64,000 nucleotides of DNA from Promethearchaeia archaeon (GCA_036478875.1 JAZGEW010000055.1:1005-65004); one strand, 5' to 3'. Positions 46,709 to 57,581 are shown, counted from the stretch's first letter. Notes: generated by a model from the sequence alone, not told the origin. Numbers and translations are program-made.

Positions 46709-48184
46709 CTAATAACTTTTAGCAATATAAACAGTGCAATTTGCTGGTTTTCCACAGATTAAACAAGTTGCAAACTCATGTTTTTCCTCATCGACTCTTT
46801 TTCCCCGCACCAAACCTCCAATCTCCTTTTCAACTACCTCTGCACAGTGATAAGCATCCATATCAAGTGAACAGAAACCACAGCAGACTATTTTCCCCTG
46901 TTGAATTGCTTCTTTAGCAGAATCTATCTCATAGCACAACTCAATTTGAGATTCAAAGTCAATTAATGATTTTTTTTTAATTTCTTTTGTGTAGTTCTGA
47001 ACAATCTCATTAACTTTCTTTTCTAATTCTTTTTCTTTCACGATAAATTTCTTACCATCATGTCTCTTTATTATGACTAATTGTTCCTTTTCGATCTCTC
47101 TAGGACCTATTTCAATTCTGATTGGGACTCCACGTAATTCCCAATAATAAAATTTACTTCCAGCAGATTCATCTGCATCATCAATCTTAACAGTGTATTT
47201 CTTTTTTAATGTTTCAAAAATTTCTTTAGCTTTAGCTAAAATCGGTTCCTCTTTTCCTTTAAACAAAATAGGAATGATAACAATCTGAATTGGAGCTAAA
47301 TCAAAAGGTAAGACTAAACCTTTATCATCTCCCAAATACGCAATCATAGCTCCATAATTCCTACTTTGAGCAGGACCATAACAAGTCTGATAACCATATT
47401 TCTCTTTCCCATCTATGTCCACGAACTTTACATCAAAAGGTTTTGAAAATTTTTGACCTAAAAGATGTGTTGAAGGTAATTGCAGAACTTTTCCAGAACC
47501 CATTAGAGCATCAGCAGCGAAGGTTTTTTCTGCACCTGAAAACTTATCCCATTGAGGCCTCTCAAAAAAGATAATTGGAATACAACACTCATCTTGAAGC
47601 ATTTGATATGTTGTTTCCATATCCTCCTTGACTTGCTCCATTGCGCCCTCCATTGTAGCAAATACATTATGTGATTCAATCCAATGAAATTCTCTACCCC
47701 TGAAGAATGGTCTTGTCATTTTTCCCTCATATCTCCAAACTTGGTTTGAGAGATATCTCTTAAATGGTAGATCTTTATAACTCCTTATCCATAAGGCATA
47801 CATCTTGTATAATGCGGTCTCACTCGTAGGGCGTAGCGCTAAACGTTCTGGTAATTTTCCAGAACTGCCCGCTTCAGTTACCCAAAATACTTCTGGTGAA
47901 AAACCTTCAACATGGTCCGCTTCTAATTGAAAATTTGATTCAGGGATAAGAGAAGGCATTGTTAATGGTAAATGACCCTTTTTTTCAAGCAGATCTTCAT
48001 ATTTTTTATACATTTTCTTAATTGTAATTGTTGACCATTCCCTATATACAACAAAACCCTTGATATTATATCTAATATCAGCTAATTCTGCTTTATTAAT
48101 CAATTCAGTGTACCAAGCTGAAAAATCTTCTTCTTTTGATACTGTTATTCCCGTAATAGGTGCTTCCTTTTTCTTTTTTGCCAT
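46709..48184 (-). CDS. proS: Proline--tRNA ligase, archaeal/eukaryotic type
   Basis: FSAWYTELINKAELADIRYNIKGFVVYREW, class II motifs, and a Cys-rich C-terminal domain ending ...YIAKSY. Confidence 0.9.
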   Translation of the reverse strand: MAKKKKEAPITGITVSKEEDFSAWYTELINKAELADIRYNIKGFVVYREWSTITIKKMYKKYEDLLEKKGHLPLTMPSLIPESNFQLEADHVEGFSPEVFWVTEAGSSGKLPERLALRPTSETALYKMYALWIRSYKDLPFKRYLSNQVWRYEGKMTRPFFRGREFHWIESHNVFATMEGAMEQVKEDMETTYQMLQDECCIPIIFFERPQWDKFSGAEKTFAADALMGSGKVLQLPSTHLLGQKFSKPFDVKFVDIDGKEKYGYQTCYGPAQSRNYGAMIAYLGDDKGLVLPFDLAPIQIVIIPILFKGKEEPILAKAKEIFETLKKKYTVKIDDADESAGSKFYYWELRGVPIRIEIGPREIEKEQLVIIKRHDGKKFIVKEKELEKKVNEIVQNYTKEIKKKSLIDFESQIELCYEIDSAKEAIQQGKIVCCGFCSLDMDAYHCAEVVEKEIGGLVRGKRVDEEKHEFATCLICGKPANCTVYIAKSY

Positions 48185-48322
48185 AGTAAACCATCAAATA
48201 TAATAATTCAAAAATTATATACTTTACGAGATTAAAGGGATTAATAAAATTTATTTTATCCTTAATTGAAAACGTCATTATCGACAAGATATCTTAAATT
48301 AAAAAATAATCAAAACATTTTT

Positions 48323-49069
48323 TTAATTTTTGTCAGGAATTAGTTTTGCATTAGTAATCACTAAACCAGGTTTTACTATCACGTAATATTTTTTAGACTC
48401 TAAATATTGCTTTAGTTCTGTTCCAATTTTAAAAAGAATCCCTTCATCTTTATCATCTGAAACTGTATAAGCAATAATTGACTCCGCTGATTCTAACTCC
48501 TTTTTGTATAATTCTGGAACTGTCATTATTGATACTTGGTTCGCCCCTCTAATTTTCGCAATTTTCTTGATTTCTTCCTCCAAAGAACCAAATGTAAAAT
48601 ACTGCTTACTTTTCATCAAGAATTTTTCTGAAATTATTTTCTCTAAATTTGCGCGTGAGGTTGGATCATAAAAAACAGTTAATTCTTGAGCACATATAGC
48701 TTTATATTTTCCTTCAATTAACTCTGTTTTATTATTTATGAACTCAATTAACTTATCATAATATTCTGGATCAATTTTTTGAAAGTTATCTATGTTTCTA
48801 ACTAAATCTGTTAACTTATCAATCAAATCATAATAAAATTTTAAGATTGATTTAATTTCTAATTTATCTTTCATTTCTTTTATTTCAGGATAATATTTTT
48901 TAAGAATTTGGTTAATACTCTTGTTAAATTTAGCACAAACACTAGCTATATCATCAATAACTTTAACAGAATTTCTGTTTAATAGTTCAATTAAATGAGT
49001 TTCTAAACTTGGTAAATCTTCGAAAATTTCGGTGATCTTAAGCCTATATTTTTTTTCTATGTAGCTCAT
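48323..49069 (-). CDS. Hypothetical protein
   Basis: 248 aa, helical and K/E-rich, with no recognised family. Confidence 0.4.
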   Translation of the reverse strand: MSYIEKKYRLKITEIFEDLPSLETHLIELLNRNSVKVIDDIASVCAKFNKSINQILKKYYPEIKEMKDKLEIKSILKFYYDLIDKLTDLVRNIDNFQKIDPEYYDKLIEFINNKTELIEGKYKAICAQELTVFYDPTSRANLEKIISEKFLMKSKQYFTFGSLEEEIKKIAKIRGANQVSIMTVPELYKKELESAESIIAYTVSDDKDEGILFKIGTELKQYLESKKYYVIVKPGLVITNAKLIPDKN

Positions 49070-49406
49070 TCGTCTGTAAAAAAGATAAAAATCCTCCTAT
49101 ATAATGTTATTTTTATCATTAACAAGACAAAAATTTAAACCTTAGAATTTAATGGCATTTTACACAGCAATGAAAATTTGTACTGCTGTTATTACAACTC
49201 CAGTGACTATAGGTGAAGCAATGTGAATAAGAACTAATACAAAGAAGAAATTATAAGGACTAGTCGGATATATTTCAATTAAAAAATAAATGAAAATGGC
49301 AAATAAGTATATGAAAATTGAACTTTAAATAAAAATGTAAAAATAAAAAAAGAAAAAAAGGTTCTAATTGCCCAATTTGTGGAATAAATTCATTAGGTCT
49401 GCCAGA

Positions 49407-50336
49407 TTACTGAAGCTTGCTTTTTATCTGCTTAGAACGGCTTCGTAAAGTGACTTCCGTAACTTTCGCGACTTCAGAAACTTCTGCTTGAGTTTTTCTG
49501 CAATTTCCGGCTTTTGCAGCCATATAAATTACACTTGCGGCTAAACCTTTAGGATCTTTACCAGTTCGTAATAATCCATTTTTGGAAGCTTCAACAAGCA
49601 TATTAATAGCATGTTTCTGTGTTTCCATTGGTAAACCAAGGTCGTTCCCGAACCGAAATACCAATTGCTCCGCAGTTATGGGTTTATACTTCAAATTTAA
49701 CTCTTTAAGCACTTCCTTTACTATCATTCCTAAAGAACGGTGTACAGTTCTTCTTGGAGTCATAGATGCTTCACATACCTCTTCAAGTAATCTTGGAAAT
49801 TCATGTACTCTAATTGCCGCATATAAAGCAGCAGCAATGAAACCATCGATCGATCTTCCCATTGTTAATTTCTTTTTTGCTACAACGGAATAAATCTTCC
49901 ATGCTGTTTCTTTTATATATTCAGGGATATTCATTTTAGAAGTAAGCATCTTTAATTTTGGTTTTGCTTCCCAGAAATTTCTTTCGATGCTTGAAATTAA
50001 TGAATTTTGAATCTTGGATAACCTTGAAAACAAAGTCTTTCCTCGGGCGTTTATTAAGCGACCTTTTGAGTCGATCTTAGAGTTAGGGAGCATAGTACGA
50101 GGTCCAAATTCCCTCCATCGAGGTTCAGTACGTCTTCTCTTGTTTACTTCTTCCACTGTGTATGCTCTTCTCTCATTTCCGACTAAATTGCGACCAAAAC
50201 TCATGCCACAATTCAAACATACATTATCCCCATCACGAGATTCAATACTAGGGTTACCACAACATTGAGTATCCGAATTACAACTAAGGTCCTCCGAATC
50301 TGCTTTTGTTGAACGTAGTCTATCTTTATAACTCAT
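49407..50336 (-). CDS. tfb: Transcription initiation factor IIB (TFB)
   Basis: N-terminal zinc ribbon (CCGNPSIE...CLNCG), B-linker and two cyclin-like repeats (RSIDGFIAAALYAA..., GKDPKGLAASVIYMAA). Confidence 0.9.
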   Translation of the reverse strand: MSYKDRLRSTKADSEDLSCNSDTQCCGNPSIESRDGDNVCLNCGMSFGRNLVGNERRAYTVEEVNKRRRTEPRWREFGPRTMLPNSKIDSKGRLINARGKTLFSRLSKIQNSLISSIERNFWEAKPKLKMLTSKMNIPEYIKETAWKIYSVVAKKKLTMGRSIDGFIAAALYAAIRVHEFPRLLEEVCEASMTPRRTVHRSLGMIVKEVLKELNLKYKPITAEQLVFRFGNDLGLPMETQKHAINMLVEASKNGLLRTGKDPKGLAASVIYMAAKAGNCRKTQAEVSEVAKVTEVTLRSRSKQIKSKLQ

Positions 50337-50564
50337 ATCTGTTCACTTTTAATTATTTCTTTTCTCTGATACTAATCTTAATCAATATGGATATTGATCA
50401 ACGCATTTTTTTTCTATGATTATGATGCTTATGATTAGTTTGGTATAAATTACTATCTGTTTTAAATTATAATTTTTATAATTTTGTAAAACATTTTTTT
50501 ATTGACTATGTCTATTTAAGAAAAATCATTATTTAAATATTTAACTATATAAACTTGTTATCTG

Positions 50565-50599
50565 CCCGCGAACAGACGAAAAACGGGGATTTTCGTGGG
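50565..50599. other. Isolated GC-rich hairpin in an AT-rich intergenic region
   Basis: CCCGCGAA (50565-50572) pairs with TTCGTGGG (50592-50599) as 8 bp including one G-U. The loop is 19 nt. Lies between the larA stop and the tfb start. Function unknown. Confidence 0.25.
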
Positions 50600-50634
50600 A
50601 TCTTATATATTATAAGGTATTGAAATTTTGTATT

Positions 50635-51936
50635 TTAATCAATATTCTTCCTATCTTTCAATAAAGGGAGTATTTGAGGGCCATTAGGTAATATTAGTAT
50701 AGAGGCATCAGATCCATATTTTCCTAAACAATTCTTAATTGCATTCTCAACAGTCTTAGCATACTTCAAGCCAATATTACCAATCTCTTTTTCATTCAAT
50801 TTTGAAATAACATATATATCCGCTTTCATAAGGATTCTAGCTAAAATCTGAATTTCCCATTGATCAGGAACAACTATCTCCTTATTCAGAATTTTTTCAT
50901 AAATTTCCTTTGGAGTCATACCTGAAAAAATCAAATCTTTAAATTTATCTTGTCCAATCCCGACTCCCTCAGCACATTCATTCACAGAAATCAGCGTTCC
51001 TCCTTTTTTAGCGGCCATTTCTCCAATTGCCATACTTTTTACAGCTTGGTATAAATTTAGGTCTAATGGATAACCTCCATTTCCACATATTACTATATCG
51101 TAGGGTTTATTAATTTCTCTGAAGATATGTTTTAACTGGAAATCTACAAGTTTTTCATGGGCTTTCTCAAAATCCCCAGAAGCTACTTGAATAATTTTAT
51201 GTTCTTCATTAATACAAACATTAACAATAAAATCTGCTCTAACTTTTTTGGATGTTTCACTTGAGTGTTTATGTAATGGATTTTCTTTATAAATTCCAAA
51301 TCGGGCTGATGGTGAGGCAATATTTTCAGCAGAATGATTATATTGGATTGTTTCTGCCCCTGCAATTCCCGGAACTAACGATTTACGTCCACCAGCAAAC
51401 CCAAAAAAGAAATGAGGTTCGACATAACCAGTTAAAATCCTCAAATCTGCTATATAATAAAGTTCATTTATCAAAACGGGATGACTATTTCCAATTACTC
51501 CTATCTTGATCAATGAATTATCATTGGTTGCTATATGATCAACTACTTTAATTCTATTTTTTAGATTTTCTCCTAAAATTCGTTCTAATTCATCTTCATG
51601 GGAGGTACGATGTAACCCTGTGGCAATTAGAATCGTTATTTGCTTATCAGCAATCCCATAAATATTTAATTCCGCTATTAAGGCTTCAAGAATTAGATGT
51701 GAAGGAACTGGTCGCGTTGCATCACTTGCAATAATACATACGGATTTTATTTTACCTTTTTTTTTAATTATCTCTTTAAGGTTTAAACTTCCTATTGGTT
51801 TATTAAGTGAATCCTTGATTTTTTGAATAGGATTCTCGATAGGTTTCTGTTTTGAAGGTTTGAAGACAGTTACATTCCATTCTGGATCAAGTGTTATATC
51901 AATACCTTCTTTTCCATAATCTAATTTTATGATTTT
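50635..51936 (-). CDS. larA: Lactate racemase LarA family (nickel-pincer cofactor dependent); 5-prime end lacks a canonical start
   Basis: The track ORF begins at an internal TTG (51513). My upstream translation in the same frame gives KIIKLDYGKEGIDITLDPEWNVTVFKP...IIASDATRPVPS...IATGLHRTSHEDE...HIATND, continuous with HFFFGFAGGRKSLVPGI. The frame opens just after a TGA at 51937-51939. Confidence 0.8.
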   Translation of the reverse strand, partial: KIIKLDYGKEGIDITLDPEWNVTVFKPSKQKPIENPIQKIKDSLNKPIGSLNLKEIIKKKGKIKSVCIIASDATRPVPSHLILEALIAELNIYGIADKQITILIATGLHRTSHEDELERILGENLKNRIKVVDHIATNDNSLIKIGVIGNSHPVLINELYYIADLRILTGYVEPHFFFGFAGGRKSLVPGIAGAETIQYNHSAENIASPSARFGIYKENPLHKHSSETSKKVRADFIVNVCINEEHKIIQVASGDFEKAHEKLVDFQLKHIFREINKPYDIVICGNGGYPLDLNLYQAVKSMAIGEMAAKKGGTLISVNECAEGVGIGQDKFKDLIFSGMTPKEIYEKILNKEIVVPDQWEIQILARILMKADIYVISKLNEKEIGNIGLKYAKTVENAIKNCLGKYGSDASILILPNGPQILPLLKDRKNID

Positions 51937-53672
51937 TCACTTTTCTTATGAATGATTTCTCGTGCTTTTTCAAAAATTTCAATCGTATTAACTCCAGCAG
52001 GACATTTAATTTGACATAGACCACATAAAGTACAAGTATGTAAAACATCAATTACCAAATCATTTAGTTCCAGATCACCATAAACTAAACCATTTAAAAG
52101 GCTTAGACGTCCCCTTGGACTATATGTCTCTAAATGATATTCAATTCTTGAAGGACATGAAATACAAAATCCACATCTCATACATTTTAATTCCAATATC
52201 TTATCTGTATGTTTTCTTAAGGTGCGTTTTTTGGTTTTTGTAATTAAAACCCTAGTATCTCCTTTTCCAATTCCAGGATTTAAGATCATGTTGGGATCAA
52301 AAAGATTTTTAATTTGAGCCATTAAATCAATGACACTTGGCTCATGTTCAAGTTTTAGATATGGCGTTTTAATTTTACCAATTCCATGTTCACCTGTTAA
52401 AGTTCCCCCTGCAGGTATTATAATTTCTCGGTATAAATAATCTATTGCTTTTTCAAAATCTTTTACATCTTGTTCATCATTTTCATTAAATAAGAATGTA
52501 GGATGCAAATTTCCTTCCATATGACAAATAATTGCGACTAATAAGTTTTTAGCATTAATTTTTTTTGGAATATCCTCGATTTTTTTTATAACTTCAGAAA
52601 ATTTAGAAATCTGAATTGTACAGTCTTCAACACATGTATTTGGTCTAACTCTTGAAAGAGCTGGGAGATTAGCTTTCCTTGCTAGGATTAACCTTTCTCT
52701 TTCCTCTTCATTCATAGCTACTTTCTGGAATATAGGTTTTTTTTGGATGATGATATCAAACATAATAGCAAATTCTTCATCAACTTCTCTTATAGAATTT
52801 CCATCCATTTCTGCTAATAATACATATCCATTTGGAAAATCTGCAAATTCACCACCTAAATATTCAGTGACAGCTTTTAAAATTAGTTTATCCATGAATT
52901 CTAACAAGTTAGGTACAATCCCACTTCTTCTCAATTCTATAACAGCATCTTTTAAATCATCTACATTATCAAAAATGAATACCCCTAACTTCCGTGTTTT
53001 TGGTAAAGGCCTAATCCTTAAGCCAATTTTTGTGATAACTCCGAGTGTGCCTTCAGAACCGATAAATAAGTCTTTTATATTATAAGAAGATACTGATTTT
53101 AAAACTTTTGACCCTAAATTCATTATATTTCCGTTTGGTAATACAACTTCCAAATACATGACATAATTTTTAGTAACGCCATATTTAAATGCTTGAATGC
53201 CACCAGCATTGCTCGCGACCATTCCCCCTATAGTAGCAACGGAACTTGAACCAGGATCTGGAGGAAAGAAGTATCCATATGGTTTTAAAGTTTCATTCAA
53301 TTCATCACAGATTACTCCAGGCTCAACCTCTACAAAATTATTTTCAATATTTATTGTCAATATCTTATCCATTTGGCTTAAATCTAAAATTATGCCCCCA
53401 TAGGGACTTAATGAACCAGATGATAAACTCGTTCCACTCCCTCGAGGAGTTACTGGAATTTTATTTATATTTGATAATTTTAATATTTCAGAAACTTGTT
53501 TAACATTTTGTGGAATTAATATCAAATCTGGAACCCAATCTTTGTTAAAAATTGAACAACCGAAAGCGTAACTATACCTAATTTCATACTCATTAAAGAA
53601 AAATTTCTCTCCAACAATTTTTTTAAATTTTTTTGATAATTGTTCTGAAATTTTATTATAATATAGATTCAT
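51927..53672 (-). CDS. FAD-linked oxidase (GlcD / D-lactate dehydrogenase-like) fused to a 2x[4Fe-4S]-type Cys domain
   Basis: An FAD_binding_4-like N-terminus (PVTPRGSGTSLSSGS) and GTLTGEHGIG. The C-terminus has CMRCGFCISCP and CTLCGLCQIKCP. Its stop overlaps the larA 5-prime end. Confidence 0.85.
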   Translation of the reverse strand: MNLYYNKISEQLSKKFKKIVGEKFFFNEYEIRYSYAFGCSIFNKDWVPDLILIPQNVKQVSEILKLSNINKIPVTPRGSGTSLSSGSLSPYGGIILDLSQMDKILTINIENNFVEVEPGVICDELNETLKPYGYFFPPDPGSSSVATIGGMVASNAGGIQAFKYGVTKNYVMYLEVVLPNGNIMNLGSKVLKSVSSYNIKDLFIGSEGTLGVITKIGLRIRPLPKTRKLGVFIFDNVDDLKDAVIELRRSGIVPNLLEFMDKLILKAVTEYLGGEFADFPNGYVLLAEMDGNSIREVDEEFAIMFDIIIQKKPIFQKVAMNEEERERLILARKANLPALSRVRPNTCVEDCTIQISKFSEVIKKIEDIPKKINAKNLLVAIICHMEGNLHPTFLFNENDEQDVKDFEKAIDYLYREIIIPAGGTLTGEHGIGKIKTPYLKLEHEPSVIDLMAQIKNLFDPNMILNPGIGKGDTRVLITKTKKRTLRKHTDKILELKCMRCGFCISCPSRIEYHLETYSPRGRLSLLNGLVYGDLELNDLVIDVLHTCTLCGLCQIKCPAGVNTIEIFEKAREIIHKKSEKS

Positions 53673-53807
53673 ATTTCCAAAATTTAGGTTGAGGTCTTAT
53701 AATATTTAAGAAATCTTTGAAATAATATATTTTCTAAAATGATGTCAAATCTCATCATTTTATTTCTATAATCGAAAAAAATTTAAGACTGATTTGATTT
53801 TTTAATA

Positions 53808-54170
53808 ATGAAAAAGAAAATTAGTAAATTACAAAAGGAAAAATTAATGAACCCAACTGAGAAGAAGGAATCAACCAACAAGGATAATTTTGAAGAACTT
53901 CCACTTATTAATAAAAACCCATTACTTACTTCGAATAATTTAGATAATATAATTAAAAATTTATCAAAACCACGATTCATGGGATCAATTCATATGAAAA
54001 AGGAAACAAGAACTATTTCTAACTTGGTGGAAAACCTTGTAGAAAGTGAACTGAAATCTAAGATGACTAATTCCATAAAAAATACATTATTTAACCCAGT
54101 AACAAAGATTTTGATAATGTTAGCAATCATTTTTAATCTTGTCTGGCTACTCTTTATTTATGTATTATAG
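53808..54170 (+). CDS. Hypothetical tail-anchored membrane protein
   Basis: 120 aa with a polar N-terminus and a single C-terminal hydrophobic segment ILIMLAIIFNLVWLLFIYVL. Confidence 0.35.
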   Translation: MKKKISKLQKEKLMNPTEKKESTNKDNFEELPLINKNPLLTSNNLDNIIKNLSKPRFMGSIHMKKETRTISNLVENLVESELKSKMTNSIKNTLFNPVTKILIMLAIIFNLVWLLFIYVL

Positions 54171-54349
54171 AACAATTCCATTAAGTTAACAGAAAAACCA
54201 GAAAAATCAAAAAATGATAATATTACTTGTAAAGCATATTTAATTTCTCTTTATTAAATTTAAAAGGTATATATATTTTTCAAGATTAGATTTTAATATC
54301 CATTACTTATATTTTTATTTCAAATATTATATGAAAGGGTAATATATAA

Positions 54350-55822
54350 TTGATCTACGATGTTTTAATTATTGGAGGCGGCGTTACCGGTTGTTGCATT
54401 GCTCGTACGCTTTCAACATATGATTTAAATATTTGTTTATTAGAAAAAGAGGCGGAAGTCGCTTCTGGAACTACTAAGGCTAATTCTGGCGTAATACATG
54501 CAGGGTATGCATCTCCTAGAGATTACATTAAAAGACACTTATCTATTAGGGGAAATAAAATGTATACACAAGCAGCAGAGGAATTGAATTTCCCTTTCAA
54601 ACGAATTGGTTCGTTTGTTGTAGCGTTAGAGGATAATCAGATTAAACAGTTGGAAGAAGAAAGAAAAAAAGGGACTGAGGATGGTGTTCCTAGATTAGAC
54701 GTAATTTTAGATAAAAAAAAAATAATGCAAATGGAACCCAATTTAACTGATGAGGTTGTTGGTGTGTTGCATGCACCGTCCGCAGGTCTTGCTAGTCCTT
54801 ATGAGTTAACATTCGCATTAGCTGAAAATGCTGTTATGAATGGAGTAAAATTTTTCAGAAATCATGAAGTTATTAAAATTAAACATCAAGATTATATTTT
54901 TACTGTACGGACATATGCAGGTGAATTTCAGAGCAGAAATATTATTAATGCTGCTGGATTACACGCGGCGAAAATTTCTAGAATGTTAGGTTTGGATTAT
55001 TTTAGCATAATGCCAAGAAAGGGCGAATATATTCTTTTTGATCGTAACGCGATTCAATTAAATAAGATCCTATTCCCAATTCCCACTAAAGTATCAAAAG
55101 GAATTTTAGTCTGTCCTACATTGCATGGAAACACATTTGTAGGTCCTAATGCTCAAAATATAACTGATCGTGAAGATATAGCAACAACTACAGCAGGTTT
55201 AAAAGAAATTTTGGAAGGTGGGATGAAACTAATCCCTGGTATCCCCGCAAGAAGTTCTATTAGAAATTTTGCTGGTTTAAGAGCTGTTCCAGATACATAT
55301 GATTTTATTATTGATAATACTGATGTATACGGGTTTATTAATGTAGCAGGGATTTTATCACCAGGTCTTACAGCAACATTTGCAATTGCAGAAAAAGTGG
55401 TTGAATTTCTTGAATTATTAGGTGTAGATTTAAAAGTTAAGGAAGATTACAACCCCATTCGCCCTAAACCAGAAAGACTTCAAGATTTTACAAAAGAAGA
55501 ACTCGATAAAAAAATACAAGAAGATCCAGCATGGGGTAAAATCATATGTAGATGTGAAACAATTCCAGAAAAAGAAATAATAAATGCAATTCATGCTCCA
55601 GTTGGAGCTAATACCCTGGATGGAATTAAATTCCGCTGTCGACCAGGCATGGGCAGATGTCAAGGAGGATTCTGCCGGCCTCGAGTCATTGAAATCCTTT
55701 CAAGAGAACTGAACAAATCATATGAAGAAATTACAAAGATGGGAGAAGATACTAATATTTTAGTAGGAAAAACAAAAGATTTCGTATTAAAAAATAAAAG
55801 AGGAGGACCTCGGGGAGAATGA
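54350..55822 (+). CDS. FAD-dependent glycerol-3-phosphate dehydrogenase-like oxidoreductase with BFD-like [2Fe-2S] domain
   Basis: YDVLIIGGGVTGC dinucleotide fold. The C-terminus is ICRCETIPEKEIINAIH...CRPGMGRCQGGFC. Three-gene context as in the Thermococcales G3PDH-NOX-MOX complex. Confidence 0.75.
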   Translation: MIYDVLIIGGGVTGCCIARTLSTYDLNICLLEKEAEVASGTTKANSGVIHAGYASPRDYIKRHLSIRGNKMYTQAAEELNFPFKRIGSFVVALEDNQIKQLEEERKKGTEDGVPRLDVILDKKKIMQMEPNLTDEVVGVLHAPSAGLASPYELTFALAENAVMNGVKFFRNHEVIKIKHQDYIFTVRTYAGEFQSRNIINAAGLHAAKISRMLGLDYFSIMPRKGEYILFDRNAIQLNKILFPIPTKVSKGILVCPTLHGNTFVGPNAQNITDREDIATTTAGLKEILEGGMKLIPGIPARSSIRNFAGLRAVPDTYDFIIDNTDVYGFINVAGILSPGLTATFAIAEKVVEFLELLGVDLKVKEDYNPIRPKPERLQDFTKEELDKKIQEDPAWGKIICRCETIPEKEIINAIHAPVGANTLDGIKFRCRPGMGRCQGGFCRPRVIEILSRELNKSYEEITKMGEDTNILVGKTKDFVLKNKRGGPRGE

Positions 55823-57117
55823 AAAAATATGACGTAGATGTTGCTGTTATAGGTGGTGGATCTGCAGGGTTAGCTGCTGCTATAGTTGTTAAAAAAGCGG
55901 AATTAGATGTTTTAATTTTAGAAAGGGATAAAGAATTAGGAGGAATAACGCTTCAATGCATTCATAATGGTTTTGGACTATATGAATTTGAAGAAGAATT
56001 AACTGGTCCTGAATATGTTCAAAGATTTATAAACCAAGCTAAAGATTTAAACATTCCTTCTAAATTAGAAACTATGGTAATTGAATTTACTCCAGATAAA
56101 ACAATATACGCAGTAAATAATAAAGAAGGGCTTATTGAGATTAAAGCTAAAGCCATTATCCTTGCTATGGGATGCCGCGAAAGAACACGGGGAGCAATTA
56201 ATATACCTGGTTTTCGACCTGCTGGAATACTTACTGCCGGACAAGCTCAAAGATTTGTAAATATTGAAGGATATTTGCCTGGCAGAACTTTTGTTATTTT
56301 AGGAAGTGGGGATATCGGTATGATTATGGCGCGTCGTCTAACATGGGAAGGTTGTGAAGTTAAAGCTGTCGTGGAAATTCAACCTTACGTAAGTGGATTA
56401 ATAAGAAATGAAATTCAATGTTTAGAAGACTATGGAATTCCATTAATAACCAGTTATACAATAACAAAGATACATGGAAAGGAGAGAGTTCAAGGGGTGA
56501 CAATATCAAAAGTAGATAGAAATTTCGATAGAGTTATTGGATCTGACAAATTTATTGAGTGCGATACATTATTACTATCTGTTGGTTTAATTCCTGAAAA
56601 TGAGCTTTCAAGGGAAGCAGGAGCAGAAATTTCAAAGATGGGGGGTCCAGTTATAGATAATAATTTAGAAACTACCAATGAAGGAGTATTTGCATGTGGT
56701 AATGTTTTGCAAGTTCATGATTTAGTTGATTTGGTTACTGCAGAGGCGAAACGTGCAGGACTAAATGCCGTTGAATATGTAAAAGAAAGATATGATAAAA
56801 AAGTTGAAAAAAAAGACCAAATAATTTGTACTTCTGGTGAAAATGTTAGTTATATAAAACCTGATTTGATTAATCGAACTGATCTCTCCAAAGATATTAT
56901 TTTTACTTTTAGAGTTAAGCGACCAGATCGTAGACTTTTAATTCAATTTAAAGATGGTAAAAACAAAATTGTTTACAAAAGAAAGAAAATATATGTTATT
57001 CCGAGCGAAATGATTGAATTGAAATTAAATTTAAGCGAACATCAAATAGATCCTGATTGTAAAAATTTGGAGGTTGAAGTAATCCCTCGACCAGAAGTAC
57101 TAATCGAGGAAGATTAA
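55819..57117 (+). CDS. Pyridine nucleotide-disulfide (NOX-like) oxidoreductase subunit
   Basis: DVAVIGGGSAGLAAA, ILGSGDIGM and ACGNV motifs. The start overlaps the preceding stop (ATGA). Confidence 0.75.
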   Translation: MKKYDVDVAVIGGGSAGLAAAIVVKKAELDVLILERDKELGGITLQCIHNGFGLYEFEEELTGPEYVQRFINQAKDLNIPSKLETMVIEFTPDKTIYAVNNKEGLIEIKAKAIILAMGCRERTRGAINIPGFRPAGILTAGQAQRFVNIEGYLPGRTFVILGSGDIGMIMARRLTWEGCEVKAVVEIQPYVSGLIRNEIQCLEDYGIPLITSYTITKIHGKERVQGVTISKVDRNFDRVIGSDKFIECDTLLLSVGLIPENELSREAGAEISKMGGPVIDNNLETTNEGVFACGNVLQVHDLVDLVTAEAKRAGLNAVEYVKERYDKKVEKKDQIICTSGENVSYIKPDLINRTDLSKDIIFTFRVKRPDRRLLIQFKDGKNKIVYKRKKIYVIPSEMIELKLNLSEHQIDPDCKNLEVEVIPRPEVLIEED

Positions 57118-57139
57118 TTACGAACGGAGGTAATGAGAA

Positions 57140-57535
57140 ATGTCAGCTAAAATTAAAGAAAATGAACTTCCCGAAGGATTTAAGGATATAAGATGTATTA
57201 TTTGTCCAACTGGATGCCTTGTTCATGTTGAAAACATTAATGGAGAATTAATTATGGAGGGTCATTCTTGTAAAAGAGGGGAAGAATATGCAAGAGAGGA
57301 ATTCGTTGCCCCAAAAAGAATTCTTACTACAACAATGCAAGTAGAAAATGGATTCTTGCCCTTGATACCAGTCAGATCAGATAAACCAATTCCAAAAGAA
57401 AAATTAAGAGATACATTAAAAGAAATTGCTAAAACTGTTGTTAACGTACCTATCAAAATGGGGGATATTTTAATCGAGAATGTGTTAGGGTTGGAAATTA
57501 ATATTATTGCTAGTAGAGATTTAATTGAAATTTAA
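57140..57535 (+). CDS. DUF1667 domain protein (small Cys-containing subunit of the G3PDH-NOX complex)
   Basis: CIICPTGCLVHVE...GHSCKRGEEYAREEFVAPKRILTTT...VPIKMGDILIENVLG matches the DUF1667 pattern. Confidence 0.7.
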   Translation: MSAKIKENELPEGFKDIRCIICPTGCLVHVENINGELIMEGHSCKRGEEYAREEFVAPKRILTTTMQVENGFLPLIPVRSDKPIPKEKLRDTLKEIAKTVVNVPIKMGDILIENVLGLEINIIASRDLIEI

Positions 57536-57581
57536 AACTATTTTTACTCTTTAAATTTCAATACGTCAGACTTTTTAATTA

